A stretch of DNA of 64,000 nt from Lama guanicoe (lineage: Eukaryota): assembly GCA_013239625.1 (NCBI GenBank), contig MU053873.1:3486524-3550523 (forward strand). Direction: 5' to 3'. The position numbers were made by a program, and so were the translations under genes. Below the pieces are notes generated by a model. That model saw only the letters and a program-made list of their open reading frames with translations. It did not search any database and was not told where the DNA came from. The first letter of the stretch is position 1. Every line of letters starts with the position of its first letter. Of the stretch, positions 53,398 to 64,000 are shown piece after piece.

Positions 53398-55289
53398 TTC
53401 CAGACTGAAGGCATTTATTGGATACTTTTCTTTATACTCTCTAGACTGAGATGCCTGGGATGGCACCAGGGTAGGAGGAAGCATTGGAAGTTTAAAAGCG
53501 AGAAGTTACCTTTGTTCCTTGGCACCTGGGCGCTGGGCAGCTCTGGACTCATCACCTCTCAGGACCTGTCGCTGAATAAGCCTCGTGCACCCTGTTTCCG
53601 GACAAGAATATGAGGACTTGGTTGGTTAAGGCCACCCAGCTATGAAGTGTCAGGGTTCACATCTGGCCTTGTGACAGATTCTGGAGTCTGTGCTCCGGAA
53701 TGACTAATGGGGGGTGGTCACCAGTTCAAGGAGGAGAAAGCATTTCTGCTGGAACCTGAACCAGATTGCAGAAGAAGGAGGGATGAGCACCAGCCCAGAG
53801 AGAAAGACGAGATTTCCCCACTGCTGCTGCCTGATTTTCCTGAGACAGCCTTTTACCTGGGTGTGACTGATTCTAAGGAGGTCATCCTGCTTGTCAGCCT
53901 CTGGTCTCTGGGTTGGCCCATCCATCCATTCATTCATTCAGTATCTATCAGGCTTCAACCAGGAGCCGGACTCTTGGATACAGAGAATGCAAAATGAGAC
54001 CTGGCTCCTGCCCTCATGGAGACTTCTGTGGAGAAGGGAATGGAAATGCAACAGGGAATCAGAGAAAGAGATGTAAAACCGCACGTGTGCTCAGGCCTTC
54101 AGAAGACAACTGAGCAGCGCAAAACATCACTTGTCACCAGAGGATTGGCTTGGCCTGGGAAGCTGGGGGAGACACTGGGCTGTGGTTTGAAGACTGCACG
54201 GAGGTTAATTAAGCAAACTGGGATGCCCTGTGGTTGGAGGGCTCATGATGATTACAAAGGACAGAAACAGCATGTATTTATGTCATAGGAGGCTGGAGAG
54301 ACAAGGCTGGGACTAGCCCTTAAAGATCTTATGAGTCATTGATTAGGGTCTTTATCCCGAGATAAATGGGGAGCCATGGGAGGTTTAAGCAGGAGGGTGT
54401 CATGATTGGATTTGTATATTGAGCAGATTCGCTCTGACTGTTGTGTGGGGAAGGGACTGTAGAGGGCAGAGAGACCTGTGGGGAGGCTCTTGGGATCATG
54501 TGAACCAGAGAGGATGCAGGCCTGGAGTCGGGGATTGGTGAGAAGTGGGTGGATTTAACAGAAATTCAGGAGGTCAAAGGGCGGTGGAAATTCAGGAGAC
54601 CAACGCAGGGAAATCACATACTTGTTCCCTTTCAAGCATCTCCTTCAGGGCGGCTCTGCAAAAGCTTCCCGATGCCCAAGTCCACCGCCAGCCAACTCTC
54701 TCCTCGAGATGGTAGCAAACATTTGGTTTTAGGAGGACGCTGCTAGGAAGGAGAGTCGCTCTGAGGCAGGCCTGCCTTCCTGCCCAGATTCCCCGCAGAG
54801 CCAGTTCAGAGCTGCCGCAGGACGCTAGGACCCGGCAGCCCAGCCCAGCCCAGCCAGCCAGCCAGTATCAAAGGCCCCAGTGAGGAGGAGGCCTGGGAAG
54901 GACTATTTTAGGCTCCCTATTTTTAAAGCCGGGGTCAGGACGCCCTGCCCATTGGCATCTCCATTAATGAAAGCTTCTGAGGGCATTCCCTGACCTCCCA
55001 CCAGCCCAGCATCAGAGACCAGAATGGGCACAGGGCCGCACAGTGATCACAGGCAGCTGAGAAAGGGGCTCCCAGGGTGGTTGGTGCAGGGTTTGGAGTT
55101 GGGGGGTGGGGTGCAAGGACGGCCGGAAAGGCTGATGACCGTGGATCAGGTAGAACCCTGGGTTCCAACCCCAGCTTTTCCGCTTGTTCCTGGTGTGGCC
55201 TTGGGCAAGTCATTTCCCCCTCTGTGAGCCTCACCTGCTCATCTGCAAAATGGGAATGACCCCCAGGTGACTGTTGGGCCGAGCCTGAG

Positions 55290-55790
55290 TAAACCACCTA
55301 ACCTGTAACGACGGAGGGCTTCCGTCCCCCGTGACTGACGTGGTCCAATCCCGTCCCTGCGGGCGGGGAGCCCTGAGCATGGTGCTTTGCTGACACCTGG
55401 TGGCTGGAGGGGGAGCTGGCTCCCGGAGGGCGGGCAGGCAGGCCGGGCGGGGGCGGGNNNNNNNNNNNNNNNNNNNNNNNNNNNNNNNNNNNNNNNNNNN
55501 NNNNNNNNNNNNNNNNNNNNNNNNNNNNNNNNNNNNNNNNNNNNNNNNNNNNNNNNNNNNNNNNNNNNNNNNNNNNNNNNNNNNNNNNNNNNNNNNNNNN
55601 NNNNNNNNNNNNNNNNNNNNNNNNNNNNNNNNNNNNNNNNNNNNNNNNNNNNNNNNNNNNNNNNNNNNNNNNNNNNNNNNNNNNNNNNNNNNNNNNNNNN
55701 NNNNNNNNNNNNNNNNNNNNNNNNNNNNNNNNNNNNNNNNNNNNNNNNNNNNNNNNNNNNNNNNNNNNNNNNNCGGGGGGGGGCCCTGTA
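55290..55790. promoter_or_regulatory. CpG-rich promoter/enhancer-like element (GC boxes, CCAAT, TGACGTGG, CTCF motif), partly hidden by the gap
   Basis: Locally dense CpG and several GGGCGG boxes. TGACGTGGTCCAAT at 55336-55349. GCCACCAGGTGTCAG on minus at 55390-55404. Confidence 0.55.
55458..55773. other. Assembly gap (316 N) inside a very GC-rich element
   Basis: Run of N flanked by gggcgggggcggg and cggggggggg. Confidence 1.
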
Positions 55791-55989
55791 GAAACCAGAG
55801 TGAAAATGCTTTCCTCGCTGAAGGGGGTGGGCAGGGGAGGACAGAGCACAGCCTATCCGCGACAGAGAGAGCGGGAGGGAGGGAGAGGAAGGGGGAAGAA
55901 GACATGGAATGTATGGGGAGATAAAGAGAGAAACAGAAATGGAGAGACAGAGGGAGAGAGAGAGACAGAAAGATGGAGAAAGAGGCAGA

Positions 55990-56385
55990 GGCTAGGACCT
56001 CCCTTCCAAGAGTATGGAGGAAGTGATGCTGTGTGACTTCTGAGACGAAGTCATAAGATGCCAGGCAACTTCCACCTTACCCTTGGGACACTTGCTCTGA
56101 GAACCCAGCTACCAGGATGTGGAGAAGCCAAACAGCTGCACGGAGTGTCCGCATGTTGGGGTTGTCTGCTCTGAGAGCCATGGTTGAGGTCCCAGCCAAC
56201 AGCCAGCACAACCCTCAGTCGTGTGACTCACCCAGCCTGTGAGCCACCACAGACGACTCTATTGGGAGCAGAGATGAACTGCCCGCCCTGGGTCCTGCCC
56301 AGATTACGTCTGAGCAAAATAAATGATGGTAGTAGTTTTACCACTAAGTTTGCAGTTGTTTAGTGTGTTCAAATAGGTAACTAGA
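55990..56385 (+). mobile_element. MLT1 LTR
   Basis: ggaagtgatgctgtgtgacttctgagacgaagtcataag...aaaataaatgatggtagtagttttaccactaagttt. Confidence 0.7.
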
Positions 56386-56402
56386 AGTCCACCTACCCCT
56401 CA

Positions 56403-56520
56403 CACATCATCGTCATCATCTTTATCAACAATACCCTCCCTACCATCATCACCATTGGCACTACCATCAGCAGCATCACCACCATCATCACCACCACCAT
56501 CACCATCATCATCCTCCTCC
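56403..56520 (+). repeat. (CAT/CAC)n trinucleotide array
   Basis: Directly visible. Confidence 0.9.
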
Positions 56521-56790
56521 AATCTCTCCAACCTGTGCTTCACGAACTCTCTGAAGTTTCCATGTCCACAAAATACCCGCTGTGCCTGGAACACTGGACC
56601 ATGCCATGCTCTTTCTTGCCTCTCTAACTTTGTAAACTCTGTTCCTTTTGCCAAGACTGTTCTCCCCAAGATTCATCTGGAAAACGCCAGCTCCTCTTTA
56701 AACACCTGCACTTTTGGGGTCTACCCTCATGCCCCAGGCAGTAACCCTTGTCTCCCCTTGGTATCTCCAGCCCCCTCCTCTCACCTTCTC

Positions 56791-57234
56791 TGTATTAGTG
56801 TCCCAGGGCTGCGGGAACAAGTACCACAAACAGAATGGCATAGACAGTGGAGATTTATTCTCTCATGGTTCTGTACGCTAGCAGCCCGAGGTCAAGGTGT
56901 CAGGATTGGCTTCTCCTAGGGGCGTGGGAGGAGAATCTGTTCCATGACTCCTGGCTTCTGGTGGTTTCCCGACAATCTTTCGTGTTTCAGGGCTTCTGCT
57001 GCATCTTACAGGGCGTTCTCCATGTGTCTGTCTGTCTGTCTCCAAATTTCCCCTTTTCATAAGGACACCGGTCATGGTGAATTAAGGGCCCACCCTACTC
57101 CAGTTTGACCTCAATTAAATTTAACTAATCGCATCAGCAACGACCCTATTTCCAAAGCAGTTCACATCCTGAAACATCGGGGGAGAGGACTTCACCACAT
57201 GAATTTTGAAGGGGATACAATTCAACTCATAATA
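56791..57234 (-). mobile_element. MLT1 (MaLR) LTR
   Basis: tgtattagtgtcccagggctgcgggaacaagtaccacaaac...gggatacaattcaactcataata. Confidence 0.85.
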
Positions 57235-57539
57235 ATCACCATGGTTCTATTCTCAAGCGACTGTTACCACCTCCCTGAGTGAAAGCTACCTGGGGGCCTA
57301 CTTCCCTAGCATCCCCCACTCTGCCCACTCCAGGAACAGAACAGGCACTCTGCAAACGCTGGCAGAAGGATGACCATTCAGAAGCTGGCTCTGCTGATTA
57401 AGCACTGATTAAAATGATGACCATGGAGGTGGGGACTAACCCTTTAGCTCATTCAACAAGGTTTCCCATTTTCTAGATTTGAGAAACTGATTTTACATGG
57501 AGGTATAAAGGGGCTAGCCTATTTAAAATGTCCCTGAAA

Positions 57540-57960
57540 AACAGGAATGATTTAAGGCACTTTCAGATTTATTACACAGCAGTGGTTATTAACACAGAGT
57601 GGCAAGAGTAGAGACACACAAAGGAATGGGGAAAAAAAGCCCAGAAACGGACCCCACATGTGTCAATTTATATGACACGGAGAACACTGCACCACGGTGG
57701 GGGAAATGGGCTTCTCAGTAAATTATTCCAGGACAACGGTGGTCCAAAGTATTAAAAGAGAGAGAGAGGAAGGAAGGACGGAAGGAAGGAAGGGAGGAAG
57801 GAAGGAAGGAAGGGAGGGAGGGAGGGAGGAAGGAAGGAAGGAAGGAAGGGAGGAAGAGAGGAGGAGAGAGAGAGAAAGAAAAGAAAAGGAGGCAATGGAA
57901 AACTTAAAGGAATTAGGTCCCTGCTACACAATAGACACAAAAAAATCAACTGTAAGATAA
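57540..57960 (+). mobile_element. Old L1 ORF2 fragment containing a (GGAA)n expansion
   Basis: agcccagaaacggaccccacatg...cttctcagtaaattattccaggacaac...ccctgctacacaatagacacaaaaaaatcaac. Confidence 0.55.
57757..57890 (+). repeat. Polypurine (GGAA/GGGA/GA)n tract
   Basis: Directly visible. Confidence 0.95.
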
Positions 57961-58729
57961 AACATTATCACCTTTCAAAAATGAATCTGAACCATGGACT
58001 CAGAAAGCCTTTTTTGATATCATCTATTCAATTTATAGATGAGAAACCACATTTTCCAGGGGAGACTTGGGTAGTGTTGTACTTTCTTGGTCTGGAGGTA
58101 TTATATTTTTCCCCTATTTTTCCAAGTAGAAGCATTCAGGCTCTGAGTCTCCATCACTGGCCCGGGCTCTGGAACAACTATTTGAACCCAGCCCTCAGCT
58201 GCTACACTAAGTGACCACCGCAACCAGCCACCAACCAAGGGACCAAGGGCCACACAAAGCCACGTGCAGTCCTCGTGACCTCCCTCCAGGGTAGGGTGTG
58301 GACTGCAGGGCTATTGGCTGCTCTGGGCAGGTCCAAGAAAACCCCCAGGTTCAAGGTGATAAGGCAGTCCTATGGGGTTGGCAGGCAGGGGGTTCATTTT
58401 TAAGGGCTGGGGCATCCATCACCTGCCCTTGAATGACTGTGCTCAGCAACCACACAAGAAGGAGTTCTGCGGTCGGCCCAGGCAGCCGCTCATGGGGCAA
58501 AGGGGGTTGTAAGTCAGGAGAAAAAGTAGAGGCTCAGAGAGGTTGGACGATGGGCCCAAGGTCACACAGCTACACAGCTGCGGAGCTGTAAGGTGAGGAC
58601 GTCCTGCCCCTCAACCGGACACCTGGTTCTCTGGTCCTTCTCCGTCTCTGACACGAGCACTCACACATGCGGCACCCGGGCTCCCACTGGGGAGAAAAGA
58701 CACTGCCACCACCAACTTGCAAGTCACAC

Positions 58730-58735
58730 TTTATT
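58730..58735 (-). terminator. CRYBB2: CRYBB2 polyadenylation signal AATAAA
   Basis: tttatt on + strand about 75 nt after the stop codon, followed on the minus strand by a GU/U-rich stretch (gttggtggtggcagtgtcttttct). Confidence 0.9.
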
Positions 58736-58809
58736 CACTCGCCAGGATGTCTGGGGTGGGGGGTCCTGGGAAGCAGACCAGGCCCCTGGGAAGGAGGAGA
58801 TGAGGAGCA

Positions 58810-59298
<489 letters not shown>

Positions 59299-60019
59299 TT
59301 AACTAGAGGCCTGACAGTGGGTTCAGAGGAAAGGGTGATCTAAAGCTCACTTAAGCTTCGAATCAGACAGGCCTCTTAGCCCAACACTCAGCCCCACTAC
59401 AAGGCCAGGGGCGGTGGCCGAGGCCCCAGGAGCCCTGTCATCCCTTTCCCCTCTGAAGCCAGCACCACTCAGTGGGTCACTCTGTGCTGAGTACCTGATG
59501 AACATCAGTCTTCTCCCCAGAACACGTCGCACAGCCCTGGCCCCCACCGACCTGCCCGGCCAGCCCCTGTGGGCACCTCCAGCTCTGCTTCTCAGCCTCG
59601 TGCCCCTACACCTCTGCAGCCCAGCCACTCTGTCCTTCATAGAGTCCTTCAGACTCCCCAGGCTCTTCCCACCACAGGACCTTTGTATGCGCCGTTCTCA
59701 GCATCTGGGATGTCCTTCCTTCTCTTCCTTACCCCCTGCAATTCCTACTCAGCTCAAGAGTCCCTTCCCTCAGGGAATGAGGCTGGATTTGTGTGGATTC
59801 CTAAATTATTAGGAGTTTCCCCCCAAGCAGACTGTAGTGACACAATGCAGAGACCAGGTCTCTTCAAGCTACCTAGGCTTACTGACCACCTAACACAGTG
59901 CCTGGCCCATGACGTCTTTCGACAAGTTCAATCAATTAATGACTAAGTCAGTACATTACAAAGAACGTGAGTACAGAAATCTGCATGCTATTTTAAGAGT
60001 CTGACAAGCTCCAGAAGGC

Positions 60020-60208
60020 CAGTATATGCTGCTAAACTAGCTCCCTTAAGGGGGAAAAAGTCTTGATTTTCAATTTCTGTGGTGTAGATACTTCTGTGAC
60101 TGATTATTTAAAGCTACGAACGATTAAACCACTGGCTCACAAAAATTCTAAGACGTTTTAAACAGTCAGCTTTTGCAAGCTGGTACAAGCCAGCTCAGCA
60201 CACAGCTG
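60020..60208. mobile_element. MER63-like hAT element in CRYBB2 intron 5
   Basis: Terminus acagtcagcttttgcaagctggtacaagccagctcagcacacagctg. Confidence 0.65.
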
Positions 60209-60763
60209 CCCGAAGCCCGTCTTCAGACTCCCTGTGGAACCCGAACTTTTCACCATGAGAAATTCCCCGATGCTGACGGCTGAGGTGTACGTGCCAAAGT
60301 TTAATTCAGTGGAGGAGGACGCCTCCTACTGCCAATCTCAGGAACTCATGCAGTAAAAGGCGAGCACGGGCTGGACTTCCTGCCTCGCCCAGCTCTGTCA
60401 GAGCCACTCAGCTCATTCGCAGCCTCCGGCTCTCCACCCCACCCCCGGGCCTCTGCCTTACCCCTGCCGCACCATTTACTGTCCTCCCCCTCCTCCCCCT
60501 GCAGCCACCACACCATTTACTGTCCTGCTCTCTGGGGCTGAGGTTAGGGCCAGGGTTTCTCTCCCCCAGAGGTCAGGTATTGCCCAAAAGACAAGTCAGG
60601 GTGGAACTTCAGGGGCTGAAAGCCACAAGACGGCTGAAGATTTGCACGCCCATTTTCCAACAAGAAGACTGAGGCCAGAAGCATCCAAGATGACCAGCAG
60701 AGTTCAGGGCAGAAGAGGACTTAGGAGCCCGGGCTCCGGGCTCCCAGGGCGGGGGCGCACTCA

Positions 60764-61102
<339 letters not shown>

Positions 61103-61599
61103 TCATTTCTCCTCCCACAGCCTCAACTCCCCTTTTTAAAATAAACGGCAGCTGGATACACACATACACACACAGGCTTATTGTGCCTCTAAGTAGACAC
61201 TTGAAATATTTTGGCTTTTCTTCATCTCTACGTATATTCTTATCCTCCCGTTGTGTGACATTTTTGTTAATCATCTCCTTTAATCCTTTAAACCACTCTT
61301 ATGCTACTTGGCAGATGAGAAAACTAAGGCTCAGAGAGGTAAGGTGACTTGGCCAAGGCCATCCAGCTGGGAGTGCCAGAGCCAACAGAGGAATCCACGT
61401 CTCAGGAATGCTAAGTCCAGTGTTATCCAATCTTCCATCAAGCTCTGGAGAGAACTAGACTGGGCTGGCGGGGCGGGGTTTGGGGTGTACCTGAGCATCC
61501 CTGGGCCCTTTGCCCTCCCAGAACACTCACACGCTGGTAAGCATCAGGATCAGAGAAGCACTGAGAGGTCTTCCTGGTATGAATTATGAACAAGAGCTA

Positions 61600-62187
<588 letters not shown>

Positions 62188-62526
62188 TCAGGCCCACTCC
62201 AGGCTCCCTCTGGTGGGACCCTGGCCACGTGCTTGGGCCCCAGAGCTCACAGCTGCTCCGCTCATCAAAACGAGTAGCAGCCTCCCCTAACTCCAAGCAC
62301 AGCGAAGCCAAGAGTGGTGAGATTAGAGTTGTCTGGGTTTTTTGCACCAAATCATTTCTTCTTCATTTTAAATAATAAACAATAATTAATAAAAACATCA
62401 AAGTTAGATTTTTAAAAAGAAAGCAGAGGAACATAAAGTCTGTTTGAGAAACTTCCATCTAAACACTAACAAAAGACAACTGAAAATCAGATGTGGCACT
62501 TCAGTGGTCAAAACTTCAGTCGTCCA

Positions 62527-62623
62527 GGGGTGGGTACTAGCTCAGCGGTAGAGCATGTGCTCCACCGGCATGAGGTCCCGGGTTTAATCCCTAGTCCCTC
62601 CATTAAAACAAAGAAAAAGGCAA
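62527..62623 (+). mobile_element. tRNA-derived SINE (vic-1 type) in CRYBB2 intron 3
   Basis: tagctcagcggtagagc...gggtttaatccc plus A-rich tail. Degenerate 20-bp TSD caaaacttcagtcgtccagg / caacatttcagccggccagg. Confidence 0.85.
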
Positions 62624-63493
62624 CAACATTTCAGCCGGCCAGGAAGGTGTGCTCTTAGGCACACTGACGCCCCACGTGCATCAGGCAAGCGGGCCGCAGC
62701 AGGACCGCTGCCTTGGCTGTGCTCTCCACATCAGCGTCGCCACAGAGAATTCTGCAGAGTGGGATGGCCCTGCTTGAATAAGGGTCACTCAGGACCCACA
62801 CGAGACTCACTGACCTGCTGGCTGGGGGTCACTGGGGGCCACCTCTGATTTTGGAGGCTCCTGCAAAGAGGGAACCACACGGAAAGGCCTACAGGCTGTG
62901 CTCATCTACGTGACATGGGCCCAGGAGAGCCAATCCAACCAGTCCCTCCCCTTCTCTCTTGGGTCAGAGTTACCAAAGCCTGCTGGCCCCCAAATGTATC
63001 AGTGAATCTGCTAGATTAAGTATCACCAGGATCTGGGAAGGGAGGGATGGATGCAGAGCTGGGACGTCCAGCTTTAAACCTCCCAGGAGAATGAGGAGAA
63101 TTCGCAGAGCCAGAGACTGGCAGCTCTAAAAAAGTCCCTGGGAGTCCCTGTGTCCGTCTCCCTGCCTCAGGGAAGCGGCTGCCCTCGGTGTCAGGCTTTT
63201 CACATGAGCTCTCTCCCTTCATCCCCAAGAGAACATGGTTATCCTCATCCTGCAGAGGAGGAAACCGAGGCTCAGAGAGGGCAGTTTCTGGTCCAGCATC
63301 ACACAGCCCAGAAGTGGTGGAACCAGGATTTGAATCAGCTCTGACGTCATAGCACAAACTCTGCCAAGACCCCAAATCCTGGTCCCCTGTTCGCACAGCC
63401 TAGGAGCTCAGTGAGAGCGGATCCCTCCAGCTCCACAGCCCGATCGCCTCACCTTGGCAGCCCCCGACCAAGCGACGCCCCCCAGGTACATAC

Positions 63494-63612
63494 GGTCCAG
63501 CCTGAACCAGGACAGAGGCGGCCTTCTCCACGCCGGTCTCCTTCAGGTTGGGGCAGGGGCCGTTAAGCTCGTGCGAGTGGCCCTGGAAGTTCTCCTGCTC
63601 AAAGATGATGAT
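63494..63612 (-). CDS. CRYBB2: Beta-B2-crystallin, exon 3 (Greek key motif 1)
   Basis: Translates [39 protein letters not shown](P). Acceptor ctcctgcAG at 63613-63614, donor GTATGT from 63493. 119 nt, matching the mammalian exon size. Confidence 0.98.
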
Positions 63613-64000
63613 CTGCAGGAGGAGAGAGTCGGACCCCGTCATGATGGGGATGGGGGAGAGTGGGGCGGTGGGGGTGGAGAGGGGACTTGGAGAGCCTCAA
63701 AGGATGCTGAAGGCTTCCACGCTTGGGAATCATGAACCAAACATAAAGTCAGACAGTCCTGGCTCCAGTTACCAGCTGTGAGAACTTGGGCCAGTATCTC
63801 ACCTCTCTGAGCCTCAGTTTCCACAGCTGTAAAATGGAAAGGAAGGCAGAACCTACTTCATGGTGTTGCTGGGAAGATTAAGAGGAGCATAACTGTTAAC
63901 ACACCGTCTCTGCTCTGGTGTGGGGGGCATAATTCAAGGACATGCTACGGATCCCAAGGGGGTAAGTGGCAAAGCTGAAATTGGAGCCCAAGCTTGTCTG

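Noticed and set aside
55231..55924. Long ORFs spanning 55.2-55.9 kb
   Set aside because: Their length is an artefact of translating through the N gap.

Overview
Mammalian (eutherian) genomic DNA, most likely camelid: there are four tRNA-Ala-derived vic-1-type SINEs, no Alu/Bov-A/PRE-1 that I could see, and a bovine-like crystallin C-terminus. The only protein-coding gene I can support is the 3' part of beta-B2-crystallin (CRYBB2) on the minus strand. It comprises coding exons 3-6 (63494-63612, 62020-62152, 60765-60907, 58810-58978), all with GT-AG junctions, and an AATAAA at 58730-58735; exons 1-2 should lie beyond the right edge. The other ~58 kb is intergenic DNA downstream of CRYBB2 (towards GRK3 if human/mouse synteny holds). 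It is packed with MIR, L2, L1, CR1, MaLR/ERVL/ERV1 LTRs, hAT MITEs and microsatellites, and has a 316-N gap at 55458-55773. The other ORF-track entries are noise or repeat-derived. I found no novel multi-gene system. The best leads are regulatory: an overlapping ERSE-II/UPRE element in a CpG-rich patch beside the gap, three co-oriented CTCF motifs just 3' of the gene, a dense enhancer-like motif cluster at ~36.2 kb, a SINE-donated intronic AATAAA, and an Ala at CRYBB2 residue 50. Repeat subfamily names are from visual recognition, and boundaries of old repeats are approximate.
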